Shown here one piece after another: positions 38,041-50,452 of a stretch of 64,000 nt of DNA. The notes below the pieces were generated by a model. That model did not search any database and had not been told where the DNA came from. It worked only from the letters and a program-made list of their open reading frames with translations. The position numbers were made by a program, and so were the translations under genes. Source of the stretch: Octopus sinensis (taxonomy: Eukaryota); contig NC_043005.1 of assembly GCF_006345805.1 (NCBI RefSeq), forward strand, positions 30,380,001 through 30,444,000, written 5' to 3'. How positions within the stretch are numbered: position 1 is the first letter of the stretch; the number at the start of each line of letters is the position of its first letter.

Positions 38041-38855
38041 CCAGTTTCTGGGAGAGGTATGTCAAGCGAAGGGTGCGAATCAGGCCGTCGTGAACATCGT
38101 GCGCCCCCTTCTTTTGGCCAAAGGAGCACTTTTTCAGCGAGAAAAGTCGTATGATGGACACGACTAAAAGAAACGAGGACAGATATTTTCCACTTTGGCG
38201 AAAACCTTCCGAACTTTCTCAAGTTCCGCTGTCAAAGAAAGCTGAGAGTGAAGAAAACGGTGCTACCCGATGGTAAATTTCTTGAAAGAAGGTTTTGAGT
38301 GATGAGCATAGCATGAGTGAATGAACCTACGATCAGTGTCCATCTGCTGGGTAAGGAATACAGCCGTGCCAGGGTTATCAACATTGATAAATAGAGAAAA
38401 CCGTAGATTTTATGCCGTTCTTTGACTGAATGGGAATGGAGGACTTCCTTTTGAAGCACATTATTTACATTATTTACATTTGACGGAGATTTGTCAAATG
38501 TAAATAATGTACATAATTCCTCATCTTTTAAATATAGAACTGTATTCCTTTTGCAGTTTTAGATCATCATACAGGCATGTATTCTGTCTGTGTTGTCTAT
38601 ACTGCATCAATTCTTTATTCAAGCACTCAGGCTCTTACACAGAGAGGACAGTACAAGGACAAACACAACACCATAGTTGGGATAAAAACATAACACGAAT
38701 GAAACGGAAAAATGAAAAAATGTATAAATTAATGATAATGAAATGGCTACATGAGCCCCACTCTCGACCTGTATCGATGTTTTTATAAACAGTTTTTAGT
38801 CTTTCTCTTTTCTCCTATTTTTTTTCCTTATTAGTATCGTATTTATAAACATCTT

Positions 38856-39037
38856 TTATAATAAATTCATATATGGTTTTATTTCTTTATATTCCATCAC
38901 TGGTGGCAGCTCATCAAATCCTACCTCTGCACCCAGTGGGTCAATTCTGTCTCCAAATAAGTCTTTCAATTTGTTATATTTTTCTTTATCTATAAGTATT
39001 TTTTTACTATTGAAAGGCATGATGCAATGGTTTCCGT
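38856..39037 (-). CDS. Orphan terminal-exon candidate (phase 1 start), unknown protein
   Basis: Acceptor gattttctctcag. Encodes (D)GNHCIMPFNSKKILIDKEKYNKLKDLFGDRIDPLGAEVGFDELPPVMEYKEIKPYMNLL*, with protein-like composition. A minus-strand AATAAA lies ~240 bp downstream (~38616). Confidence 0.5.
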
Positions 39038-39349
39038 CTGAGAGAAAATCTTTACATAGATTTGTGTTAAAAGCATAATATATATCGAAGTGAGATGACA
39101 CGTTTCGCCCTAAATGCGACTTGTCAATGCCGTGCAGCCGTTTGTCAGTTGCTAAGACGAGATTCGTGCTTCAATACATAGAAAATTGGAATAATACATT
39201 AACTAGTATCGCGGAGAGCTTGCCGGGTTGTAAAAAACTCGATGTACATGCATTCAGAATGATATGCAGATGGCAATTTTAATTCAATGATGTTTCAATT
39301 GCATTCACCGCTGTTTCAAGCTATGTTATATTATTATTATTATTATTAT

Positions 39350-39850
39350 TGAGTGAGAGAGCAGTTCATGCCATCAAAGTGACACTGGGGTAAAATATAC
39401 AAAACCAATATACCCATCATGACTACCCGTCTGATAAAGGTACACCAGGCACATGCATCACAACCATATGTGCGCGACATGGTGATCTCATATCAAGATA
39501 AACAGCACATGACCTTGCAGGTGGGGCCCAGTTAGAATTTTCTTCAGGTTGAGTAGCCCATCCCGCTCAAACGGTCCCTGAATAAGGGTTGCTTAAGGAT
39601 GTTGAAAGAACCACCCATGTTTCCAGAGGTGAACTATTCAAACCCCAAAGAATCCCTCTCAACACATGGCTATGATGCTCCCCCACTACTTCTGCTCGTG
39701 ATCAGAGATGCACATATCGTCAGCCACTAAGGGACATGCTCAACTGGTTAAGGTCAAACAACTGACAAGCAAATCTGTGGTATTGAGCAGAATATTTGCT
39801 GTAGCCCATCTTTTATACCAAGACAAAACAATGTACATGATATTACAAAA
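39350..39850. mobile_element. ~500-bp interspersed repeat flanked by (ATT)n tracts
   Basis: Discrete GC-richer block between (ATT)n microsatellites; partial second copy at 22590. Confidence 0.65.
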
Positions 39851-39864
39851 CAATGTACATGATA

Positions 39865-39905
<41 letters not shown>

Positions 39906-42900
39906 TGGCATAAGTAGATATGTAGCTTATCACCATGTGAAATTTAGTTATTTGCGAAGAATAGCTGCAAACGAAGACATGATTCTAAAACCCTGGAATA
40001 TCTCTTCCATGCCGATAAGAAACCAGATTTGTCCTGTTTCTACTTTAAAATATAAATTTTATCCGCATTTGATTTCAATCCGAGATAGCTACGACGCACA
40101 GACACAACGCCCCACCCTGAACAACTCGTATGAATGCAAAAGCAACAAAAACACAACAAAAATTGCATTTGATTTCACGCAGGAGGTAAAATATATAAAG
40201 AGGAAAAAGTTAGAGAAATTTTTAGCAGAAAATGATAATATTAGCACAACATTCACGGCGATAAGTTAAGTAACAAAACGATATACACATACACCTAAAT
40301 GAACAAAATAGGGGGGAAATAGCAATTGATCTTTCGTCAGTGCTGCTCACATGAATCGACTGGTTGAGAAGAAATGTACTTGGCAGGTTTGTAACCAAGA
40401 AGGGCACATATGATTTTTTTTTTAATCAAGGATAAAAGAAGAGGAAAGCTATATATCTATGCATCGCATAAAGAGCAGCCCCAAAGAATAATTAGAGCTG
40501 GGCTTGACAGATGTGTCGAGAGAACCGTCTGCTTTGTTTTGAAAGTGAGGACCTGACAATAAGACACGACTGGCTCGTGCGTCGCACACATGCCTATGCA
40601 GTGCTGCTGTAACACAGGGATCGACGCAATAAAACGGTAACAGTATATAATATTGGCAATGGCATCGATCGTTGGGTAGAGTTTTAAGACATTCAAATGG
40701 TAGGAATGTTACAGAAGATCTTGCAAATAATCGGTCACATACAAAGAAAAATATTTCCAGAAGATGTTTGTTGACTCCTTTTTCATCTTGGATGAGTTTT
40801 TTTTTGTTTTATCTTGGGTATTTCTGGTTCTAAATCGCCAAGACAAAGGTGAACAGAATCATAAGATGCTCTCGAATTCATCTTGTTGGTGATTTTTCTG
40901 CTTCTTTTTTATGTCTCCTTAAATTATATCGTTTTAAAAATTATGTCTTTATACAACTGCCAACGTACTTTGTATAATGACATTTTTTAACATGCCATGC
41001 ATTATATAATATTTCTTTCACTCTCCTCGTTTATTTCCACATATTTTATAACACTTTCGTATATTGTGGACACCGCCATCTATGGAGCACCAGGGCACTA
41101 TAAGACCATAACTACTTTACACTTTGAAAAGTTGCCGTCTTTCTCTTGACTTCAGTTTTAAGGTAGAGTCGAAGAAGAAGCTATTAATTTTACGACAGTT
41201 AGTCATCTTTCGTGGAATTTGCTAGAGGGCAGCATCTCCCTTTCCACTCTCTTACTCTGCTTCACGTAGAACTGAAGACTTTGGTCGGAGAGAGAGAGAG
41301 AGAGTCTAAACCTTAGTTCTTTTAAATACATCTGCCATACCATTTCTTTACGATAGCAACCAGACACGAGAAAACTGTGTGATCTACAGGAATGATAACT
41401 AAATGGTGATTTGACAAACTGGGACGTGGAAACCTTGAGAAATAAATAAATAAATAAATATTTCCTTCTTCCTTTTTCTTGAAGTTAATGGGTTCATTTA
41501 CAGGATGTCATTTTGTTTTTACTTTATTTCGTTCAAATCAGCTCCTTCTCCTCCTCCTCCCCTTCTTCCTCGCCAACACTATTATTATTACAATTGTCAG
41601 GATCATGATTATCATCACGCATTACCACCTCCACCACTATCGTCATCATCCTCAAACACCACCACCACCACCACCATCACCACCGGACACCGACACCGCA
41701 ACCATTCCTATCAACACCACCAGTGTCACTGCTACCACCATCACTGTCACCACGCCGCGCCGCCTCCACCACCAACACCAGTACTAACACCACTGAGATC
41801 ACCACCACCACTACCATTGTCATTATCACAATAACTTAAGAACTTTATTACAAGGACATCTTCATAGCATTATTTCCGCAGCATAAGGCGGCGAGCTGGC
41901 AGAATCGTTAGCACGCTGGGCGAAATGCGTAACCGTATTTCGTCTGCCGTTACGTTCTGAGTTCAAATTCCGCCGAGGTCGACTTTGCCTTTCATCCTTT
42001 CGGGGTCGATTAAATAAGTACCAGTCGCGCACTGGGGTCGATATAATCGACTTAATCCGTTTGTCTGTCCTTGTTTGTCCTCTCTGTGTTTAGCCCCTTG
42101 TGAGTAGTAAAGAAATAGGTATTTCGTCTGTCTTTACTTTCTGAGTTCAAATTCCGCCGAGGTCGACTTTGCCTTTCGGGGGTGAATTCCAGACCTATAG
42201 CAGAAAGGATTAGGATCTTTGTGCTTTTCATCCTCTGTTCACAATTTTCTTCCAACTGTCTTCAAGTTTGGTATATGGATTAACTTTTGTCTACTAATTA
42301 TGAAAATGAGATTCATTTTCCCTATAAATCCATAATTAAAAAATTATTAGCCATTAAAATTTGCAAAATTTGGGTATTTTAGCCAATCAGAAGTGAGTAT
42401 TTTACATATCACCATGGCAAAAATATCTGTTTCCATAGAATCAAAGTAAAGAAGATTCGCATGTTGCATAGCTAATTGCGAAGAACTTTTTCCACAGTAA
42501 CCAAGGATGCTGCGCATGTGCACTAGGAGAAGGAGATACGAGAAAGATATTTTATAAAATCCAAGTTTAATGTTTTGACATGCCACAGCCCCCTCCCCCT
42601 GATGATGGCAGAGAACACGAAGGTGCTGTTTTCTGATTGGCTGAAAATTCTGAAAATTATCAAACTTTCAACACCTGTAACATTTATTCAAAATTTTTTC
42701 TGGAATAAATGAATAACAAATTCGGATTCAGCGTCAAAGATTACATCTATATGATGATACATTAAAAAAAAACTTTTTGAAGATAATTGTAAACAGTGAC
42801 GAAAACCACAAAGATCCAAGGAATATTTCCACAGCATGTTTCATGCAAACCATTTTCTGTTTTCTGTTATTATTAAAAATACTATTTATTAAAAATCTTC

Positions 42901-42950
42901 TCTGTCTGTCTCTGTGTCTCTGTCTCTGTCTCTCTGTGTCTCTCTGTCTC

Positions 42951-43028
<78 letters not shown>

Positions 43029-43966
43029 AATTGCTGTTGCAATCAAACTTGCACTGCATGAACTAATCCGAAAAAATACAAAAGTAGACTTATATCTTCA
43101 TCTTTTGAAGTTATTGTGCTAGCATTGTAAAAAAAAATTATATATATATATATATATATATGGTGTGGGGAGAGTATATAGTGAGAGGAAATAAGGATTA
43201 AAGAAATCCAGACGAGTACCTGACAGTACTCCATGCGAATGACCTGGCTGTCAAAAGAGGGAAATTAGAATCTTCAAACTCAAGGAGTTTCCAATTTATT
43301 TTCAAAGATATTTTTTATAAGAAATGATTTTTGTTGTTCGCTGTTTCAAAAAATTAGGTTTTGTTCAACAATTAAAATCAGAAATCTGAAATAATCCTTT
43401 CTAAAACAGGCACAAGGCCTGAAATTTGGAGGAGGGGACGGTGGATTACATCGACCCCATTACTTGACTGGTACTTAATTTATCAACCCTGAAAGGAGGA
43501 AAGGCAAAGTCGACCTCGGCAGAATTAGAACTCAGAACGTAAAGACGGACCGCTAAGAATTTCATCCAGCGTGCTAACGATTTTGCCAGCTCACCACCTT
43601 TGAAATCAGAAATAATGCTTCAAATTTTTCCACATGGGTGTCTTGGGAGAGGCAGAGATGAGTCGATGCTCATGTGAGTACCAGTGCTCACCTGGTACTT
43701 ATTTTATCGACCCCGAACGGATGAAAGGCAAAGTCGACCTCGGCGGAATTTGAACTTAGAACTGAGCGACGGGCGAAATGCCACAAAGCATTTCGTCCAG
43801 CGTGCTAACGATTCCGCCAGCTCGCCGCCTTTGAAATCCGAAATAATGACATTTAATGACTAATTTCTAAAGCATTTTCTTGTTCGTTTCGCTAAGTAAG
43901 GATATCCGAGTTTATTTTTGTATATTCCCCGCATTGTTTTTGTTTCGCTATCAACTAATCATGTTA

Positions 43967-44979
43967 GTGATACGAGGTCAGTTGAGAAAAAAAAGTGCTA
44001 TGACCCAGTTTCGTGGTTTGATGCCGGACAGACTGGGGAAACAAGTTATTTGGCTTTTGTCCTGTCATTTGTAGGGAAAATTAATGAGTTAGAAAGTGAC
44101 ATTTTGGCCCCTACGGTCAGGGAAAGTTTAAGGAAAAAAATAAAAATGCTACCCTTTATAAATGCGGCGAGCTGGGGTTTGTTGGTCAGTTTTGCCTGAG
44201 ACAGTCAGTTGGCAACAGGTCAGTTTGGCGTGAGGGTTGGCCAGAGACAGTTCAGTCAGACCGTGAGCGGAGGGGCTAGGAGAGTGAGATGGAGATGACG
44301 GCGAGAAGGCATGGCTATTTGTAGTGGGAGTTTTTGTGATGATTCAGGGAGTGTTGCAGACGAGAAAACGTACGGTAATGTTTTGTTTATGTTTTCGTTG
44401 TTGAATTTTGGGTGGTGATGTGCGTTAAAAGAAAAGAGAAAAGAACTTGTGAACTGTGTTAAAAAAAGGGGGGGGGACATTGTGTCAAAAGAACTGTAAA
44501 AACGAGAAGAAAAAGAAGGGAAAAGAACATTGTGACGTAAACTGTAATCTGTTGAAAAAAAAGAATTGTTGAAGAGAAAAAAGAAAGACTTTAAATGTGG
44601 ACTGTTTTCGAACATTGTGGACTGTTTTCGAACATTGTGTTGAACATTAATGTGGATTGTTTTCGGACGTTCTGTATTGTGCATGCATTGATTATTGTTT
44701 TTCTTTTTAACTCTGTATTTTCTTCAATGTAACGGCAATGTATTACGTTTTGATTGATGTTGTAACAATTGTATAAACTGTTGCTAAATGTAAGCAACTG
44801 CCTTCCGCCGTGTCTCTCTCTTCCTGTTGTTGTTGTTGCTATCTCCGGTCACCGGTCTGTGTTCGCTGCCATCCTACCATCGTTTTCTGTGGCGGATTTC
44901 CGTTTGACTGAGTGTGGTCGTCGTCGTCGCTCGACTTAGGGTCCCGAGTTCGAGTTGAGCGACGGCAGGTTCGTAACAC
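43967..44979. mobile_element. ~1-kb solo-LTR-like insertion with short terminal inverted repeats and TSD
   Basis: Termini gtgatacga...tcgtaacac. ATGTTA at 43961-66 and 44980-85. TATA-like ctttataaat at ~44155; no coding motifs. Confidence 0.65.
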
Positions 44980-45296
44980 ATGTTATATGTACCCAAACAA
45001 AAATCGAAATTACCTCAGGAATTATTAACAAGTGAACGAAGTGATTCCAGTCAAGAGCTGAAACTGTATTTTAGCCATGATGAATTCTTTAATATTATTT
45101 CCAAACCATTGTAACTTTTTTATTATTAATTTCTAGAAGAACGAATGTGATTTTCGCCATTAACATGCAAAATTCATTATGATAGACAATTTAGAAAAAA
45201 AAAACTGGTGAAAAACTGAAATATTTCAAGAGTTTGGAGGAATTTTAAAAAGCTCCATTATAATATTAAGTAAATAAATAAATTGAGGAAACTTAC

Positions 45297-45382
45297 ATGT
45301 TTTGACTATTGCCGTAGGGATCACCACTACCTCCTCCGTCTCCGATGAAAATGTATAGGTAGTTGTCATCGCCAAACAGAAG
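45297..45382 (-). CDS. HHIPL: HHIP-like protein, internal exon (most 5' exon found), 86 bp, phase 0->2
   Basis: Acceptor ctgtag, donor AT|gtaagt. Encodes LLFGDDNYLYIFIGDGGGSGDPYGNSQN(M), the 'LLFG.DGYLYIF.GDGG..GDP' motif of HHIPL/GSDH propellers. Joins in frame to exon 28315-28493. Confidence 0.93.
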
Positions 45383-45843
45383 CTACAGTTGAGAATAAAG
45401 CAAAGATAGAGTTAATTAAAGTTATATAATTAAACAATACAGTTGACGTAATTAACCAATATAGCTATAGATAATTTAATAGTTTACAGAACCCATACCG
45501 TTATGCAATTAACTAATACAATTAATATAACTAACATATTCGTTTACATAATGAACAACTGTGTGATAATAAGGCATAACGATACAATTAACAAATACAG
45601 TTTGTAGTATTAATTAATACAATCATCTAATTAATATCCTAACATTCTTTTATTCTTTTACTTGTTTCAGTTTTTGGATCGCAGTCTTACTGGGGTGCCG
45701 TCTTGGTGAGTTTAGCCCCACCAAAATCACCCCCAACACTTATTCTCCTTGAGCCAGTTACTTATTCCATCGGTCTCTATGGTCGAATTGCTAAGTTACA
45801 GCAATGTAAGCAAACAACATCAATTGTCAAGTGGTGTGGGATC

Positions 45844-45875
<32 letters not shown>

Positions 45876-45893
45876 ACACACACACACACACAT

Positions 45894-45930
<37 letters not shown>

Positions 45931-45931
<1 letters not shown>

Positions 45932-46812
45932 TGGGTGGTTGGGCTAAATTTAACAGTTTGCATAAAAGTAAAAAAAGGCAATCCCATCCCAAAATAAAAG
46001 TATTTTAAAAACTCAAAAAATATTAAGTAGATTATGGCTGTGAGATAGCGGTTTATTCCAAGTAGCCAGCCTCAGCTTCCATCATTGACCTCAAGACGGC
46101 TCTGGAACCTGGCACGTGCGCTCTTCACTGTGTCCCTGGGAAGATCTTGGAACACCTCTTTGATCTTGGCCACCAGCTCGGCCTTGGTGTTTCAGGCCAA
46201 GCGATTGATGGCTTTCTCAACCGCGCCCTGCACGCAATAATCCACGGGTTTACAATAGGGAGAATTAGGGAGCCAGAAATAGAGGGTGGCAAAGTCGGAG
46301 AATCTCTCTGACAAACACTTCTGATTCTTTCTGGGAGTATGGTAAAGTGCCACACATATGATCTTCCAGCAGCAATCCACTTCGGCCAGGATTTGGAAAC
46401 AGTCTCCAGCAGCTTCATAGAGCCGTCTGAATAGAGGCTAAGTCCCTGTTCAGAGACGCGGAGATCAATTCCAGTGTGCGGATGCAGTCAGAAAGCCTGT
46501 CGGGTCCTTTCCTGCTGGCTACAGTTTTGTAGTCGCTGTTGCAGCTGTCCATGTCACCTTTGTCAACCTTTACAGTGTCCACATAGCATCAAACAGCAGC
46601 CGGCATTTTGATACCCGGTGCAAATCATTACAGAAGAGTTAACTCTTTTCCAATATTTAGATAGTTCTCAGTCCTCCATGTCAGCTAAGTTTTTCTCAAT
46701 AACAACTTTAATCTTTATGCTCTCCAACACCGATGTCTGCGCATAAACACATTAAGCTCTTACAGTAAAAAGGAGATATAAAACGATGGTCAAATTTATC
46801 CCGAACACTCTG
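45931..46812 (-). mobile_element. Internally deleted Tc1/mariner-superfamily element
   Basis: Degenerate TIR pair (ctgggtggttgggctaaattt / aaatttatcccgaacactctg) flanked by TA. Fragments LLETV..W..AAGRSYVW and FWLPNSPYCKPVDYCVQGAVEK (WxPNSP motif). Confidence 0.85.
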
Positions 46813-46821
46813 TATGTATAC

Positions 46822-47023
46822 ATTATTTACATTGGATGGATATTTGTCATCTTGTTTGCTGTTAACACAACATCTCGGCTGATATACCCTCCAGCCTTCA
46901 TCAGGTGTCTTGGGGACATTTCGAACCTGGGTATATGGCGTAGTGGTTAAGAGTGCGGGCTATTAACCTCAAGATTACGAGTTCGATTCCCGGCAGTGAC
47001 TTGAATACTACTACTACTACTAC

Positions 47024-47055
<32 letters not shown>

Positions 47056-47086
47056 ACAATAACATCGAAAAATACCCTAGGAATGG
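46822..47086. mobile_element. tRNA-headed SINE with a Penelope-like tail, 5'-inverted; collinear partial copy at 49670-49865, tail fragment ~38460-38500
   Basis: Plus-strand head ggcgtagtggttaagagtgcggg...gttcgattccc abuts the reverse-complemented tail. The 49670 copy shows the collinear order ...ggaatg-aga-acccagg... Confidence 0.8.
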
Positions 47087-47521
47087 TATAAGATTACAAA
47101 AGAATAGATTAAACTTTACAAGACTTTAAAAAACTTTATAAGTGGTGTTGAAAGTGTCGTCCTTCATTTTCAATACATAAGTTGACTCTTATGATAATCA
47201 AGTTGCGCATGCGCAGAATGAAAATAATTCACTGCGGAGAGACTTTTTGAACACCCTGTATATGTATATAGTTTACATAAATAGCATGTTTGTGTAATTA
47301 ACAAATATACTTTAATAATGAACATACTTTATAAAGTAAACTAATAAATTATGTAATTAACAATTACAGTCTACATAAATAACATGTTATTATCCAATGA
47401 ACGCTTATATATATACGTATATAGTTTACATAAATAACACGTATTTATGTAATTAGCAAAAATAGCGTACATATTCATGTACATAAACGCGCATTTAACA
47501 AATAGATTTCAAATTGTTATA

Positions 47522-47744
47522 CAGTAATCCCTCGAATATCGCGGGTGTTACGTTCCAAAATCCCCGCGATAAGTGAAAATCCGTGAAGTAGAAACAGTAT
47601 TATACTGTATATTTTTTTTAAATTACGTTTATGATTTGTATATATTTATTTGATTATAAATGCAAAACAACACCACGAAAGAATCGACGTAAGCTTAAAT
47701 AATAAACCGCAATAGGTGAACCGCGAGATGGCAAGGGATTACTG
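47522..47744. mobile_element. Tigger/pogo-like MITE; a lone matching terminus at ~29630-29670
   Basis: TIR cagtaatccct...agggattactg after TA. The 29630 copy reads cagtaacccctcgactatcacgggtgttacgttccaaaa. Confidence 0.75.
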
Positions 47745-48078
47745 CACACCCAATTATGCAACTAACACAACCAGCATCTATATAACTAATGCAGCCAACT
47801 GCATAATGAACACGCCCCATAATGTAGGTTACAGATGTAGTTTCTACGATAGCCTCGTAAGCAGTTAAACATCACTGTAAACTAATATCTGATCTAAATG
47901 CGGATTTCTTTTGTAACGCTTTACATTTGGAGAAAGAGAAGAAAGAGCAAAAGAGGGATGAAGTTAGCATCGGAGATGCAGGGTGTGAGCCGTAGCTTTC
48001 TGAAAAATACACATTTTTTTTTCAAGAAATTTTGCAGTGATTGGTTCGCCATGGAACAACTTGCCGTTATATATTTTT

Positions 48079-48663
48079 TTACCTTCGCCAAGGAAGGAGG
48101 TTATGTTTTCATCGGCGTTGGTTTGTCCGTCTGTCCGTCTGTGTGCAAAATAACTCAAAAAGTTGTGAACAGTATTTCATAAAACTTGCAGGAAAAGTTG
48201 GTAATGACACAAGGAACAGATTATGAAATTTTGGTAGTGATCCGGGAATTTGTATGGATTCTTGAATGATTTTTCATTTGTTAAATTTACTTTACATAAA
48301 GTATTATCATGTTACGCTCTTTGATTATCTCCCTTGAAAACACGTTCATCGTTTCCACATAACCTAAAGTTTATTTTGGTTTCTCTATTAGTAATTTTAC
48401 TCGTGTATCTGTCTTAAAACAAGCTGCTTGGTGGAGGTCTGCGGAGGATGACATGACAAGCCTTGAATATTAGGATGATTTCTGTTTTTAAAGGTTTTTT
48501 AAAAAAAAATCATATGGCTGTATTATTTCTTTTTTAACCCCGCCAAGGAGGTTATGTTTTTGCCAGCGTTGGTTTGGCAATTTGGGCGATTTTCAGCATG
48601 CATGTATATGGGTGGAAATGAGCTGCTTGGCAGAGGTCTGCGCTCTCCGAGGGCTTTTCTAGT
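48079..48663 (+). mobile_element. Helentron-associated non-autonomous element(s) (HINE/DINE-1-like)
   Basis: 5' ...cgccaagg(aagg)aggttatgtttt, short (GTCC/GTCT)n, sub-terminal cttgg(t/c)(g/a)gaggtctgcg, 3' ...ttttctagtt. A second head occurs at ~48535. Confidence 0.7.
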
Positions 48664-49142
48664 TTATTCTTTTACTTGTTTCAGTTATTTGACTGCGGCC
48701 ATGCTGGAGCACCGCCTTTAGTCGAACAATCGACCCCAAAACTTATTCTTAGTTTGTCTTTTTTACCGAACTGCTACGTTACGGGGACGTAAACACACCA
48801 ACATCGGTTGTCACGTGATGGTGGGGTGACAAACACACATACACACATATATGTATAAATTGTTATACTAGATAATAATCTTCGCAAATTATTTTCCCGT
48901 GAATTATTTGCTTCATATTGAATATACATATGTAAAAATGTATGTGTATGTATATATATGTATCAGTATATATGTATATATATATATTTGGATGTGTATA
49001 CGTATGCATATATATTTTAGGTAGGACTATATATTTATGTATTAAAAATCTGGGTACTTTACCAACAGTATATAGGATAAATACTATCCCTTAGTAGATT
49101 ACACCCATAACCCCTAACTTACTTTGTGGCATATATATATAT

Positions 49143-49194
<52 letters not shown>

Positions 49195-50257
49195 TATATA
49201 TATATATACGATGGGCTTCTTTCGGTTTCCGTCTACCAAATCTACTCACAAGGCTTTGGTCGGCCCGAGGTTATAGTAGAAGACATGTGTCCAAGGCGCC
49301 AACCTGGAACCATGTGGTTGATAAGCAAACTACTTACCACACAGTCACGCTTGCGCCTATCAATACTTGATTAGGTTGATCAAATTTAGAAAAATCATTC
49401 TAATTTTGGCGCAAGGCCAACCATTTTTATGGGAGGAGTGAAGCTGATTATATCGACCTCAGTACATGACAGGTATTTTATCTTATCGATCTCGAAAAAT
49501 GAAAGGTGAAGTTAACCACGGCAAAGAGTCTATTGTCCGATGTTTTTACCATTCCAATTACAAGCATACAAATCAGAAATTTGTTTTATTTAAATTCTAA
49601 AGTACTAAATATTTTTTTTAAAAATTAATATTCAGTTCTAAAAGCCCTAAAATTCACTCCGTAATTACTAACCCCCAAGATTCCCAGTTCGACTCCAGGC
49701 AATTACCTGAATAATAATAATCACAACGAAAAATACCTTAGGAATGAGAACCCAGGTTTGAAATTTCCCCAAGACACCTGATGAAGGCTGGAGGGTATCT
49801 CAGGCGAAACGTTAACAATAAACAAAATGAGGACAAATATCCGTTAATTGTAAATAATGTAAATAAATTAATATTCATTTCGTTATTTTGTATCGACATC
49901 AAGCGATAGAAGTTAAATGCCGTACTTCCTGATACTAACCAGAATGGTAAAAGTTTCCTTCTAAGTGTCCTTCCCTCCTTTGATGGGAAACACTCTAGTT
50001 CATTAATAAATGCGTAAATAATAACACACACATTTGTATGGTTAATACATTTACCGAATTAATTAATACAAATACATATTGAACAAGTACAATCACAGGC
50101 GCAGGCGTGGATGTGTGGTAAGACGCTTGCTTCCCAGCCACATGGTTTGCGGTTCAGTCCCACTGCGTGGCACCTTAGGCAAGTGTTTCTACTATAGCTT
50201 CAAGCTCACCAAAGCCTTGAGTGGATGTTGTAGGTGGACACTGTAAGAAGCCTGTTG

Positions 50258-50298
<41 letters not shown>

Positions 50299-50452
50299 AT
50301 GCATATGTGTGCATGTGCCTTTGTGTCTGTGTTTGTGTTTGTCCCCTACCCCCACCATTGACAACCAATGTTGGTGTGTTTACGTCCCTCTTACTCAGCG
50401 GTTAGCAAGAGAGAGTGATAGAATAAGTGCAATGGCTGAAACAATTAAGTAG

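Noticed and set aside
39853-40269. 138-aa plus-strand ORF
   Set aside because: Begins in an (ATT)n microsatellite; no domain or splice support.
40457-40790. ~120 open codons on the minus strand without a start codon
   Set aside because: No convincing splice sites or recognisable motif; compatible with chance.
46933-47000. tRNA gene (also ~26240-26310 minus)
   Set aside because: A/B boxes are present, but there is no complete acceptor stem or cloverleaf, and both continue into SINE bodies.
47912-47990. Minus-strand exon-like segment (tttttcag … AT|gtaaag)
   Set aside because: No HHIPL motif in any frame, low-complexity pyrimidine content, and phase incompatible with exon 45382.
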